Made by a program: the position numbers and the translations under genes
The notes under the pieces: model-generated
Seen by the model: only the letters and a program-made list of their open reading frames with translations
Told to the model about the DNA's origin: nothing
Database searches by the model: none
In this document: one piece after another, positions 12,712 to 25,894 of the stretch
How positions within the stretch are numbered: the stretch's first letter is position 1
Layout: each line of letters begins with the position of its first letter
Origin: Camelus ferus
Lineage: Eukaryota
NCBI RefSeq assembly: GCF_009834535.1
Contig: NC_045696.1
Coordinates: 69,318,001 to 69,382,000, forward strand
Direction: 5' to 3'
Length of the DNA: 64,000 nt

Positions 12712-12960
12712 CTGTATCAATTAGGATGTGTTAGATTACACTGCAATAACAAACAACCATCAAATCTCAGTGACTTAAAACCACAAACTTGACCTCTTGC
12801 TCACTCATATGTCCATAGGGGCGCAGTAGGAGCTCTGCTGCACATCCTCCTCCCTCATCTGTAGGAGTTGGGACCATTTGGTGCAGAGGCAAACACTCCT
12901 AGTCATGTCAAGAGCATGGAGAAAATTCTGGAGTCTGGAGCCAGCGTCGCTGAGAAACTG
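12712..12960 (-). mobile_element. MLT1 (K/L-like) MaLR LTR fragment
   Basis: 'tgtatcaattaggatg...gcaataacaaacaacc...aaatctcagtgacttaaaaccacaaac' matches an antisense MLT1 3' end. Confidence 0.65.
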
Positions 12961-12962
12961 AC

Positions 12963-13302
12963 TGTGGCAGATGTTTGCGCCAGGATGGCTGGTCCTAGGA
13001 ACAACACCTGTAAGGGAATGAGGCAGCGGGAGTGAGCATGGGAGGAACTGAACCATAACACAGTTATGACAGAGGCCTCAGCCAGTTCTCTGGGGAGCTC
13101 TGGTGCTGGGATGGTCCTTGTGAATTGTCCCAAATTGAGGTAAGGGAGCCCCAGCTCGCTCTCCAGACAGCTCCCTTTAGTGGAGGGCAATTCTTAGAGG
13201 GGCTCAGATGTGACCAGTCAGCAGCCAATACTTATGGCAGCCCAGGGAACGGGAGCCTTGGCTCTAAAAGGAAGGATCTGGGCATTCACTACAGTCTACT
13301 GC
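12963..13302 (-). mobile_element. ERVL LTR (LTR16-type), 3' LTR
   Basis: 'acagaggcctcagcc...ggggagctctggtgctgggatgg...aattgtcccaaattgagg...tcagcagccaa...ggatctgggc' resembles antisense LTR16. Confidence 0.7.
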
Positions 13303-15190
13303 TGGCACTGACAAAATCCACTGGGTTTATATAGTAAGTTCAGTCCATCCGGGAGCAGCTCTTCTGGGATTCTGGTTGGTCCCCTTTGCCACTTACCGGA
13401 GGAAGATTACAGGGATGATCTATAACCCAAGTAGCTACAGCTGACCTCAAGGCCACAATGAACCATTGTATCTTCCTCTCACTGCTGACTTTGCTTGTCA
13501 AAGTGTTTGACTGAATGAGATGACCTAAACCATCACCCCTGAGCTGATGGTTAGTAGGCTGTTCTCTGTTCACGGCTGCTGCACTGATCAATTTACCACC
13601 AGAAGAGGCAGGAGATACCAAGAAAAGCCTCAGTACATCAACTGGTATCAACTTCATTCTTTCCTGCCCTCACTGTGTAACAGCAGCCCTACATCCTCCT
13701 GACAAATAGAGTCAATTACCCCTGCTAGTATGGGGACTCCTTTTCTGGCCTTCTTTGGGCACAGGGAGCTCAAGGTGACCAGGCAGCAGCTGAGGCTTAA
13801 AGTTTAATGAGGGCACTTACTATGTTCCCAGGTACAGATGATTTCCTCTGGGAATCAGGACCCCTAGATTTATAGAACCTAATGCTACAGCAATGAGAAG
13901 CATTAATTATTTAGGTGGACACTGGGAATGATGGTATGCAGGGCCTTTCCTACTTCTACCCCTGGCTTCCTAGACACATATATTGTACCTGTTGGAGATA
14001 CCAAGTCATACAATAGTCTTTGATTTAGGGTGTTAACTGCATTGAAGAAGACAGCACCCCATCCTTACAGAGTTTAGTGCATCCTTTATAGTAGGTGCTC
14101 CCTGGTGGGAATTAACATGCAATACAAAGGTCTTCACTCTTCGTGTCTACTCCCAGAGTTTCACCTACATGCTCTTCTCCAGGTTCCAGTATTATAATCA
14201 TTCTCCTTTCAGGCCCTCTGGCCAACCAGCCTAATCCTTTTCCATGGCCGTAAGCTGTATATTCCCACTTCAATTCCTATTTCACACAAAGTGAAAGACG
14301 ATGTGTTCTGCCCAGTGAGAGGATTTCCCCTTAACATTGTTTCTCAGGACTGACCTGAGTGGGACTGTAGTGCCACAGCAGTCTATTTTTGGCTAGCATC
14401 GCCAAACCAAGCCAACACACCCTTGAACCCATCTCAGCCTTTTTCTTTCTCCATCAGCTTGGCTGTAAGGCATCCCCCATGTGGTCATAAATTTTATCTG
14501 AGGGCAAGACATTAGTAACACAGTGGTGGATGACACAGGGATCTGGGCCATCTACAAGTGCACTTTACATATGCCCTCTGGCCCTGCTCATTTCCAACCC
14601 CAGAGGCACCACTTCTGTCATACACAGATTGCTGTTGGGCCTGCTAACTTGATGACTTGGTAGGCTGGACACCACCCAGCTCATGATGGGTAGTTTTGGC
14701 CACATGGTCATTTGTCAGATGCTCCTTCTCTGTCAGAGCCAGTGGCATGCCAGGAGCTATTTTTCAAATGATGTATAACTCTCCTCTACAGATGGCGTGG
14801 CCTTGCTCCAGGACCCTAGGGGTCTGCATTGTGCTGCTCCTTTTGGAGCATGCCATTAGCTCCACATGATGGTTTTTTTCTACTACATATATCAATAGCG
14901 TCTGCTCAATCATTTGACCCAAGCAGTATGCATTGCATCCTAGACTTGCTGTGACTCCAAGCCGACAGTCTTCCATGCTACCTGGTAAATGGGTCAGAGC
15001 AATATCACTAAGCAGACTCCAGATTCTGAAAAGGCCTATCAGGCATTGGCTTCTTCCCTAGTGATGGGAGATGTGAGATGCAATCATTTGCCCTTTATTT
15101 TCAAGAGATGTTCCTACATGCCCCAAACCACTGGACCCCTAAAGAGCTCACAGATGTGATAGTGATGTTATGTTCTTCCCTGGCATTATA
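13303..15190 (-). mobile_element. ERVL internal region (ERV3-16A3-like) with decayed pol/dUTPase
   Basis: Contiguous with the LTR16. The minus strand from 13740 reads GVPILAGVIDSICQEDVGLLLHSEGRKE (dUTPase motif 3), and ERVL carry dUTPase after integrase. Confidence 0.75.
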
Positions 15191-15655
15191 TCAGGTGGTA
15201 CAGGATGTTGATGTGTCTCATTATTGGTGATGTTGACTTTGACTACTTGGTTAAAGTGGTGCTGCCAGACTTCTGCAAAGTCTGATTTTTCCCCCTAATA
15301 ATTATTAAGTATGTGATGAGACACTTTGATACTATATAAATATCCTATTTATCATCATACTTTCGCCCACTGATTTTAGCCATCTCTTTATGTTCTTGCC
15401 CAGAACAATTATTATCGTGGTATTTGCCAAATGGTGACTTTCTATTTCCATATTCCCTTCTGCTTTTATTCATTGAAAATCTTCTATAAGTAAGAGCTAT
15501 CCCTTTTCCTTCATTTCTTTAATTAATCAATTATTTTATTTATATCACTATGAACTCATGGATATGAACGTTTTCTATAGGTTACAATCCATTACTATCA
15601 TTATTTATTTTGGTGCTCAAATTATTCCAGACTTGGTCATTGGGATTCTTTCAAG
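15190..15655 (-). mobile_element. L1MC-type 3'UTR fragment
   Basis: 'attggtgatgttgactttgactacttggttaaagtggtgctgccag...ttttggtgctcaaattattccagacttggtcattggga'. Confidence 0.7.
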
Positions 15656-15699
15656 TGAAGCACTTCTTTGAAAGTAAATACTTTTTATTGAAATTGGTT

Positions 15700-17181
15700 A
15701 AGACAATTGTCTCTTTCCACTTGCAACTTCTTTGCCATTATGTTCTCCCTGATTCCAGGCAGTGTTGTGGTACTCATGGGCATTTTGGATATTTGGCTAA
15801 GGGGAAACTGAGTTGGGGGCATATTTAATTTAGTTATTCCACTTATTGGGATATAATTATGTGGTTTGAAATCACTATCGCTTCCATGTATAGTTGAGTT
15901 ATTGTTGGCTGTCTGGTGTAGGAATGGCTTCCAGGAATATGTCTACTGTCCAGAATGTGCAGGACCAAAGGTTTTATTTCAATGTGAATGTGTCTTACAG
16001 CACACAATACTGAAATTATGTTCATAATGACTGGTCTGCCATTATAAATTGGTTCAAGTCTTGCTATATGGATACAACAAACTTTAAGACTCAAAAATAT
16101 ATTTTTGAAGACTCAGAAGGGAAACTCAAATACAAATAAGAAACAGGGTATTTACTTAAAAGTTCACAAAGCTCAGTATGTCATTCAAATTCAATCTGCA
16201 AAGATTTTGGAATATTTCAGTAAAAAGAATAAGAGTGTACAGACTCCCAATTTTGGCATATGTGAAGGTTACTTTCTTCTGTTATCCTTAAATACATGTA
16301 TTCAAGAACTGAGAGAAATTTCGGGAAAAAAGTCAATGAAAAAAGAAAAGCAATGAAATAAATGGAAATTATTCTGACATCAAAGATAGAACTATAACCA
16401 AAAAATGTTTAATCATATCAAAAGCAGTAATTCAGTAAGTGGAAGCGATAACTTTCCAATAGAATAATAATGAACAGACTCTTGGATTGTTTAATAATCC
16501 AGCTAACAAGGAGGAATGAATCGCATGAACACATTGGAGAAAGATTTACATTCTTTGCTGATAAACTGACTCCTATGAAGATAATGTACAAGTCATGATA
16601 TGCCTCTACAGTGAGGACATGGATGACTAACTGATTAATGAATCAGTAAGTAATTCTCAATTCAAGGAGTGTTTAGTCACTGCTAAAGAAAACTTGATAT
16701 ACACTTAAATAGGAAAGAAATTTTCTTGGAAGTTTTCCCCAAATTGACAACAGTCTTAAACATTTACATGGCATTTCCAATAATGAGTTGTGAAGTTGAT
16801 AGAAGTTTTTTGAAACAATAAGAAGACAATTTTGAGCAAACATGCTAGAGATAAGTCTGACTGGCCTCCTCTTTGCAGAGCTATTAATAAATTGGTGCCA
16901 TTTGAAGAAATGATCTAAAGAGTATATGGGCCAAAAAAGGCAGGAAAAAATATTTTAGTCATATGTCAGGCAATAAAATACCATTTTTTCTGGATTTTGT
17001 GATGCTTATGGTATTGGTCAGTGTTTTTAAGCTTTGAAATTTGTTATGATTTTTTTTTCTCATTCTAAATAAATAGTGACTTTCAAATATCACTTTGTAT
17101 CCATAACTTGGTATTCTTTTTCTCAAAGAGGGCCCCCAGATGGTTTAAGCTTCAGGCCCAACAAAATCTGAATCTGCCTCC
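15700..17181 (+). mobile_element. Zaphod/MER115-like hAT-Tip100 transposon with transposase remnant
   Basis: 3' end 'aaagagggccccc...aagcttcaggcccaacaaaatctgaatctgcc'. 16735-16815 reads FPKLTTVLNIYMAFPIMSCEVDRSFLK (hAT dimerization motif). Confidence 0.75.
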
Positions 17182-18294
17182 TCCCTGAGATCTCAAAAAG
17201 GGTGGGTTTTCAAAGCATGCGCTATCCTTGGAGGGGGCTTTCCCCAACTTTGCCCCAGTGCAACTAAGGCTCTTCCCATGCAGGAAGTGGGGAAAGGGTC
17301 TCGTTTTGCCCATTGCTGCCAGGCCCAAGGGAGAGGGAATCCAAGCAAAAGCAGCTCTCAGATCTCCTGCCGTGCAGTCCAACACCTTCACCTCCCATTC
17401 ATTAGGTGTGAAGTGGTTGCTGGGAGTGTTTGTGCGTGTTTATCTAACAGGTCTGCAGGGAGTGTGAAGCTCTCTTTGCTGCCAGTTTTATTCTCCAAAT
17501 AGAAACTGGTTGGGGCGGGGGTGATGACAGGAAGTTGCACCAGGCGGAAGGGTTTATTAATATCAAAATTTCTCACCATGATAAATGAGTGTCCTGGGGG
17601 CTCTGAGGACCTGACAGTTTTCATTTGCTTGCAGGTGAAGGCCACACAGGACCTTAGCTTTTAGGGGCCAGGATGGATTTGCTGTAATCACAAACGAATG
17701 GCAGTCTCAAGACCATGAGTGCTTGTAAAATCATGTGGTAGACATGGGATTAGACTAAAAACAGCCCCAGTACCACTCCATCACTCCATCCCAGCGTTTT
17801 ATCTTCAGGTAGAGCATAGCCTCATTATCCTCATCTTAGTTTCTGTGCTGCCTCTCCTCCTAGAATGTTCTCTCATCTCTGTCTTCCACAATGGGATCAT
17901 CCTTCAAAAACTAGCTCCAGTGCTCCCTACAAAAAGAAGTCACCTCATGTTGTGTCATACCCGTCTCCCTGTTTGTGTGCCATTGCTCTATCTAAAGCAA
18001 CACTTAACTGCCACCTGAAAGTGCGGTTATTTATTCATCCAGGACTGAAAAATTCTTGAGAGCAGGGCTCAAGCCTGCATCACTGTGACGATCCCATATG
18101 GGCCAGCAAAGTGGCAGTGCATGATGAATAACTGTTTAACAAAGCATTCTGTTGACCGTGAGCATTAATTTTCTCGTGCGTGCAAAGCACTCAGTCCAGA
18201 TCCTGACACATAGCAGATGCTCAATAAATAATAGCCATTATTTTTGTGTCTGTACAGATTTCAAATCAGCTCTGAGATGAACTAGACCCACAGG

Positions 18295-18520
18295 GAGGGC
18301 AGTACTGAGTCATGATTAGGATATAATGGCTCTAAATCCTGTTCAGCCATTTATTAGCTGTGGGACCTTGGGCAAGTTGTCACCACCAGAGTTTCCTCAT
18401 CTGTGAAAGGAGCAATAATAATGAGCTGTTGTGAGGATTAAACGATTTAGCACATGTAAAATACAGAGCAGAACCTGCCACACAGTAAGTGCTATGTTAG
18501 TGCTAATGACTATTATTAGT
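18295..18520 (+). mobile_element. MIR SINE
   Basis: 'tagctgtgggaccttgggcaagtt...gtttcctcatctgtgaaagg...gttgtgaggattaaacga'. Confidence 0.75.
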
Positions 18521-20259
18521 TTTACTAATAGAATTATTATCTAGTGGTTTAGTGTAGGTGCCACCCATATCCCAAAGCCTCTCGGAACCCAGACCCTCTT
18601 GGGTTGGTGCATGAAAGATTGTAGCCTAATTCCAGACTATGTCTCTTTACCAGGCCCCTCAAATTGTCCTGTGTCCCCTTCTGATTCCTTTAGCCAGTGG
18701 AAGAGGATGTGGTGGGGCGGGAGGTGGCAGGCATAATCACCGACTTCACGTATCTAAAGGGCAGTCACGTGGAAAAGGAGCGGATTCACCTTGGCTTCAT
18801 TCCACTGGTTAAAAGTACACAGGCCTCTCTCAAGAAGGAATTAGGCTGCTTTGAAGGGAGGAGATTCAGAGAATTTGTGGATTCATTTTAAAACCACCAC
18901 AAGCCCCTTAAGTGCTGAATTTTTGTGACTGTCTTGTATATTAGCAGGCCAGAGGTTTGTAATCGGCACTGATGCTAATCTCCTTTGCTAAAGTTACTCA
19001 AACACACAGGAGTCACTGCTTTGCTCCATCCCCAGCAAGAAGTTTAAGCAGATGTATCTCATCCAGGACAACACAGCCTCATCAGTCACTCTGTTTCTGT
19101 CTCTAGGGCCTAAATGTCCCCACTCCAAATCACTTCTTAGCTTCGCCTTCTCTCGTAACATCAGAGCCCATCCAATCCTGGAGGCCAAGGTAAAGATGGA
19201 GAAACGGAATCCTTCTAGGTGCTCAGACGCCCTGGCCCCCTGGTACGGGCCTGCTTTATAGATTTCCTTGAGGAGAAGAATGGATGGAACACACTGGGAG
19301 GGAGCTGAAGCTTAATAAATGGCCTCCTTAATGAAAAAATAAACTGCAGAACACATGAGGTCCTGAGCAGACTGACACTATGTCACAGTTATCCACAGTT
19401 TGTCACATGTTCTCCCTCCTTCACTGTAGTCCACAAAGCCTTTAAAATATTGGCTGGTTTCTGGATTTGTAAAGCCAGTGGTTAAGCTATTATTGGATAG
19501 AGATCCTGGATTATCAGGTTTAAAGTTTGCTTAAAGGTTAATTTTTTTTAATAGTAAAATTCCTGTGACCCACAACTCGGAGTGGTCCTGAGGAGGACAT
19601 GGGTGTGCAATGCAATGGAATCCGTTTATCTTACACTTGTCCTCTATTTGGTGAAAGGGCACATGGTTGCTATTCTCAGAAGGAGATCAGTTAGTAAAGG
19701 AAGAAGTAGTAACAGAAAGTGCTTTCGTAAGTGATGCATTCACTTGCGCATGCGTGCAAGTATTTTGGGACGGGGAAAATGATTAATGCGCTCTCTAGCA
19801 AAAGTGTCAGCAAAAGCTAGGAAAAATGCCAGGTCTTTCTATTCAGTATCTCTAAAATGAATGTTCATAACCACTCTATGACATGGGCATCGTTGTTATT
19901 TTCAGTTTACAATAATAGAACTTTGGAGATCAGTTTAAAATAAACAAACTACATTGCAGGTAATCATCAAGTAAATAAGCAGAAGCAGCTTCCTGTTTAC
20001 AAACATCTAACTTATACACTGCCCGTCCTGCCAGTAAAGTCCTCATTCTTACTGCAGTAAGGTTTGTCAAAGGACAGAGACTTTGAAGCTTTCAAAGACC
20101 TGGAAGGTGGCACCACGTTGCAGGCAAAAAGCAGGGCTTGACCAGCCAAGAAGCCTCGAGTGTCCTGCTAGTTCTGTCACTACCAGTGTGATCTGGTGCA
20201 CAATGATACCCTTTCTGGGTCACTGGTTCCTCACCTTAAAAGGAGGGTGTGTGTGTATA

Positions 20260-20440
20260 AGGTGGGGGTGCTGAACACAAGAGTCACCTGGGGAGCTCGA
20301 CAAATACACAAAATGCCCATCCCACCTGGACCTGCCCTTTGAATCAGAATCTCTAGCAGGGGAGCATCTGTTCTGTTAAGCCAGCTCCTCAGGGGTTGCA
20401 GTCACACAGCCCTTGACACAAGCCAGTGTTTGGGAACCGT
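20260..20440. mobile_element. MER5A-type MITE (adjacent to MIR remnants)
   Basis: 'gagtcacctggggagct...gaatcagaatctct...cagtgtttgggaacc'. Confidence 0.55.
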
Positions 20441-20679
20441 AGACCCAAATGATCTCTAAGGTTCCTCCAAGCCCTGGCGTTTAATTCCTTTTTAGGACAG
20501 GGAAGAAGGAAGAGGCTGTGAGAAGTTGGAACAGTTTGGGATGCGCTGCTCCAGTAAAGGCTACTCTGCTCACCATCACCCTCTGGCACGCTGCCTAAAC
20601 TTTCCACTTCATTTGCTCTTAAGACCTTACTTGTACTATCTGGAGACATATTTGAATGGAAAATTGACCTCACTTAGAA

Positions 20680-21795
20680 ATCAAATAATACAGCCCGCTG
20701 GACACAGTTCTCTTTGGTCAAATTTGAGCCAATTGGGGCATCAAAATAAGTAATGATACTAATTTATTACAACCTATTGAATATGATAGGAATTCACAAG
20801 TCCATTTTATATAAATAAACAGATAAACGGAAGGAAAGGAAAATCTCCCCCTTATAGTAGAAGCCAACTAACAGGTATAGAAGAAATGATAAAGTTAGAA
20901 AATCGCCATGGGGTAGCCACCATAGTAATCGTGAACTGAGGCAAGGATCATCAATGAATGCCAGACAAATGGGCGGAAGTTTGCTGAGGAACAGGATTTT
21001 TATATGGTCTCACAGTATATTCCCACAAAATTGTCACCAATTACTAACAAAATACTTACTACCTTTACAGAGAAACCTGGCAGACACCATCCAAGCCAAA
21101 TGGTAGAAGTTAACAGCATGATTAATGGGACAAGTGGACACTTGAGTGGCAGCCGACAGGATGAGTGGAGAACATGGCATCACTTCAGTGGTGTTCCTGC
21201 CAAAGGAAGGAACTGGAATTTAATTGTGAGGAAGCATCAGACAAGCCCCATTTGAAGGACTGCCTGCAAATTGATTGCCCTGTGTTCTTCAAAACTATTA
21301 AGACTGTGGAAAGTAAGTGAAGACTGGGGAAATGTCCCAGATTGGAAGAGACTAAAGAGGTATAATAATGGAATGCAATACATCATCAGATGTTGGGTCT
21401 TGGACCAGAGAGGAAAGGGGGTAAAGATATTCCCCTTGTTTTTGTTGTTGCATTTCTATAAAAGACATCATTGAGATAATCAGTAGAGTCTATAGATTAG
21501 AGGATAGATTGTATCAATGTTAATGTATTCATTTTGGCAAGTGTATTGTGGCTGTGTAGGAGAATATCTGTTCTTAGGAGATGTACACTGAAGCACTTGG
21601 GGATAAGCTTGAAATTTACTCCAGAATGGTTCAGAAAAACAAAACAAATGTGTGTGTGTGTGTGTGTGTGTGGAGAGAGAGAGAGAGAATAAAACAAATA
21701 TATTTCAAAAGAGAGTATACAGAAAATCTTTTATTTTTTCTTGTAACTTTTCTATAAGTGTAAAATTTTTTTTTAAAGGTTAGAAAAAAAATTAA
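20680..21795 (+). mobile_element. L1MC-type 3' end
   Basis: 'ggcatcaaaataagtaatgatact...gagaaacctggcagacaccatccaagccaaatgg...aggaagcatcagacaagccc...gtgtattgtggctgtgtaggagaat' with an A-rich end. Contains (TG)n(GA)n at about 21648-21688. Confidence 0.8.
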
Positions 21796-22204
21796 AAATC
21801 AAATATCCTTAGGTGGGTTGTGGGGCTATCAGTCATTCACATCTTAGTGTGAATTAGTTTAATCAGATTGCTCTCCTTTTAATGTCTAGTTGATATCAGA
21901 TGCCCTGAGGAAACAGAAGTTTACTGAGTCATGGGAGAAGACAGGCAATTTGAGAACTTGAAACACTTGGAGGAACAGAATAGTCAGACAAAATAGGGAT
22001 ACATCCAAGAGGAACTTAAAAGTAATAAAAACACAAAGAACTGAGGGACAAAGACTCAAAGAGGTAGAAGAGAAGTTCAGAAAATGAGGCAAAGGGAGAA
22101 ATAGTCCAAATTTTGCCTGGAGCTGAGATGAATTTGCTTCATACCCTGACTGCCTCTTCGCTGCGTCATGGTGTGCTTCTCAGCCTGGTTGCACATCAGG
22201 GTCA

Positions 22205-22335
22205 CTCGGAGTACCTAAACCCACCTCCAAATAATTAGATCAGAACTCCTGGGGGGTGAGGCCTGGGCACCAGGTCTAAGAAGCCCCCCAGGGGATGCCA
22301 ATGTGCAGCCCGGATAGAGCACCTCTGAGCCACAC
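22205..22335. mobile_element. MER5A-type MITE fragment
   Basis: 'atcagaactcctggggg...ccccagggg atgccaatgtgcagcc'. Confidence 0.5.
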
Positions 22336-22369
22336 TGTGGAAAGAGCAGGATGCTTGTTGATCTCAGCA

Positions 22370-22900
22370 GCCTGCCCTGTGGCTGCTGAGCCTCTCCCCT
22401 TCAGACCCAGTCTTCACACGATCACCAGGCTGATCTTCTAAAGCACAGATGTAACCATGCCAGTGTTCCATTCGGAACCCTTTCCTGGATTTCTCCTGTC
22501 CCGACTCTGACACAAAAGGTCTCCCACTGTCTAGCCCCAAACAGCCTTCTTTCCCTCACACCATTCTCTTCTTTAAACACTCATTTAAGATTTGGATTGT
22601 TTTTAGTGACACAGTCTTGTTATCAGCTCCCCAGAGCCAACATGTACTGTCTCCTGCCTCTGTACCAAGATTCACCTTGTTTCTTTCATTGACCCATCAC
22701 TCTGGCTTTTAATCTCAGACCATTCAAATCCTCTCATTCTTCAAGACTCATGTCAAATGCCACTTCCCTCATGAAGTCCCCTGGTCATCCCAGTTGGACT
22801 TAGTCTCTTTTCCTGGCACTTTTGGTGCCTCTATCATAACACAATTACAACCTGCTTTGTTTTATTGATACTTGTTTACAGGACCATTTTAGCCACTAAA
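22370..22900 (+). mobile_element. L2 fragment
   Basis: 'ctcattcttcaagactcatgtcaaatgccacttccctcatgaagtcccc' and related L2 3' motifs. Confidence 0.55.
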
Positions 22901-22964
22901 CTGTACAGATACCCAAGGGTAAGGATAGAGCCTAGAATGATAAAAGCCAGGACCTCAGTTTGCC

Positions 22965-23480
22965 CTTGGGATGGGCTTCAAAATGTGTCTATACATTTTT
23001 TGATACTCCTTCCTTCAAAAGGTGGTGGTTAATTGCCCTCCCCTTGAATGTGGGCTGGACCTAAGAACTCGCTTTTGGGTTGAGGTTTTTTTTGGGGAGG
23101 GTGGGTAATTAGGTTTATTTATTTATTTATTTTTAATGGAGGTACTGGGGATTAAACCCAGGACCTTGTGTATGCTAAGCATGCACTCTACGACTGAGCT
23201 ATACCCTCTCCCCAGGAAATCGATTTAACAAACAGATTAAGGTGGAAGTGAGTGTGACTCTGCGACCAGGTCATAAAAAAGCATTGGGACTTCCTCCTTG
23301 TTCTCTCTCCCTCAGATGACTGAGTCTGGGCAAATCAGCGACCATGTCACTAGGAGACTCAGGCTCATTATGGAGAGGTCCAGGAGGTATGGTCTCTGGC
23401 CAACAGCCAGGGAGGAGCTGCCAGCACACTTGAGTGAAACATCTTGCAATGATCTTCTGGTCTGAGGTTGAGACCTTGTG
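22965..23480 (+). mobile_element. MLT1 (F/G/H-like) MaLR LTR interrupted by a SINE
   Basis: 'ccccttgaatgtgggctggacc' ... 'ggtcataaaaaagcattgggacttcctcctt' ... 'ggccaacagccag'. Confidence 0.7.
23076..23213 (-). mobile_element. Camelid tRNA-derived SINE (Vic-1-like)
   Basis: Reverse complement: ggggagagggtatagctcagtcgtagagtgcatgcttagcatacacaaggtcctgggtttaatccccagtacctccattaaaaataaataaataaataaacctaattacc. Degenerate TSD aagaactcgcttt / aggaaatcgattt (10/13). Confidence 0.9.
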
Positions 23481-25450
23481 AACTAGGTACCAGGCCAGTT
23501 TTCCTGGGAGGACTTTATAAGTATTGGCCCCCTGAGCACCATTAAATGAGCATCATTCTCAAATATGACATTCCAGGCAAAGCTTTGGTTACAGAATTGA
23601 TTTTCCCAATTATATTCTGGTTTAGAAAAAAGGACAGATTTTTACGGAATCTATATAAATAACTACATTGCCATGAAAAGTAAGGAGACTTAATAAGTGT
23701 TTCTGATTTCAGGGGGGATGAGTGAGAATGAGGTAAAATTATTAAATGTTATATTTTAGTATATAAAACCAGATTTTACTAAATTATTGTGGATTACAGA
23801 GAATTTCAGAAGGAAAAAAATTGTTTGATTTTATATCTGGAAAATGGAACATTTAAACATCAACATTCTAAACCAATAATCACAGTAAAAATTTTCTCAT
23901 TCAGTCCTATGTAATTAATTCCTGTTTTACTGGATCTTGAGTTAGCAGTCTCATGAGCTTGTATGCTTTTTCACAGAAAAGAGCTCTGGAAATCCTGACT
24001 CAGTCAGGTATGGCCTGAAAGTTCTCCAAGTGATGCATCAGAAGCCTGTACCTGAGAATCTACTCTTTGAAGTGTCAATAGTTTGTAGTACCTGATATGG
24101 TCCTTTCCCTTGGGGCTCTGAGAATGCCCATCTTTTTTGAAGACACAAATTCAGTCCTATGGCTGATAGCAAAGCCTTCAGCCAAGCATCAGATAAAATA
24201 AAAACTATCTTAAATCACAGAGAAAATGGCTGTGGTTAATTTATTACTGGTAATTTTCAAATATAAATGCCTAATGAGAGTTCATAATAAGAAGAATGTA
24301 ACTGACAAGGAAATTTGATTGCTTCTGTGGCATGAGTAACAAGATGATAAAGCAATTTCAGAACAAGTTTTAGACAATATGTCTCTAAGAACAATGATGA
24401 AGCCCATTTTCAGAGAATTTAGAGAATATTTGATTTATAAAAATGTATAAACATAATTTTATAGAGGATAAACCTTCAGATACAGCATAATAATCCTGAG
24501 ACATAATATACCAAGATTATACCAGGAATAAAAATATATCAGGTATATGAAGAGAGTCAGTAAATCTGGCATAGGTCCTAGATGGCTATATTTTTTGTAA
24601 AACTCTGTAGTCTGATGTGCATCTCTAATTGAAAACCAGGGGCATAAAAGATATTAGATTCAAAATTTAAAAGACTGTGTCAAAGTTAATACTTTAGACA
24701 CTAACTGAAATTATGGATAACACTATACTATTGTTGCTGTCTAACATCAGGCAAAGCACCACTAAGATCCTGACAAATAGAGGAAAACTAGACAGAGTCT
24801 ACTTCAGAGTTTCCTTGGAAGTTAAAATATATTATGGAAAGTGAGGACACTGACAAGCATCCAGGGACTGCCCATGAGTCATATAATTTCTGAAATCTTT
24901 ATATTAATATTTCACCTATCCTCATTTAACCTAAGGAAGGCTGTCTCTTCTGATTTGACAATTTTTTTCCCATGAAACTTTACAATAGTAACATATCAAA
25001 AAACCTCAATTATTTCTAGCAGCTCTCTTTTCATAAGGTGACATAACACAAATCTTTGTGATTTTTCCAGGGGCCCTCTGGGAAATCTCAAAATAGATTA
25101 CAGTGTAAAAGATATCCTGAAACAGTCTCTTTTTTCTTTCTTTCTTGCTGTATTTCTTCTATTTTTGGATCTGATTTGGGGAAGACAAAAATAAAAAAGT
25201 TGTTAGAGGAGATTAGGACATTTAATTAAGATGGGGTCATGGACGCCTGAAAATGATACTTAGTTAAATGTTTAATCAAAATAGCAATAAATTTTTTAAA
25301 AATAGAAAGTAGCATGATTGTAAAGTATATGTAATTATCATAAATGAGATTCTTTTTTCCTAAATAATCAAGGATATAACAAAGTTAACATAAATAATTT
25401 TTGCTGTGTCGGCAAATGAAGAATAACCCTTCATATTGTTGGCAAAGGCG
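23480..25450 (-). mobile_element. MER4-group ERV1 non-autonomous internal sequence
   Basis: AT-rich tract with 'tctcaaatatgacattccaggcaaagctttgg', 'aataactacattgccatgaaaa', 'cagtcctatgtaattaattcctgtt' and 'ccagggccctctgggaaatctcaaa', typical of MER4-group internals. Confidence 0.6.
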
Positions 25451-25894
25451 TTGATCAGTAAATCAAAGGGGCCAGTCCAGTCAACCACAACAATGTAACA
25501 CTTTCCACCAAAGGCTGGTCACTGAAAGATGACAGTGACACTTGGTAACAATTCTTTCCTTTCAAGATCTTTTTGGTGTGTAGCAAAACTTAATGGCTCT
25601 GCAAATGCAAATAGTCCTGAGAATTTCACAAAACTGTAGATAACTCCCAATTCTGGCTCCATTAGAGTATTATCAAAACAGACCTCCTGTTGAATCAAAA
25701 AAAAAAAAAAAAGATAAAAGAAAGAAAGAAAAGTAGGCAAGTCCATTAAAGTGGACTAAACTTTACTAACATTTTAATACATTCCATAGCTTCTTTTAAG
25801 ATTCAAGTGTTATCAGCTAAAACAAGTAAAATTCATTTATCAAATTTTGTCCCTTATTATTTTCTTTCATATTCTGGAACAATCTGACACTTTA

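Noticed and set aside
23076..23213. tRNA-like sequence (also at 3667-3764)
   Set aside because: No proper acceptor stem, an A-rich tail and nested insertion; these are SINEs, not tRNA genes.
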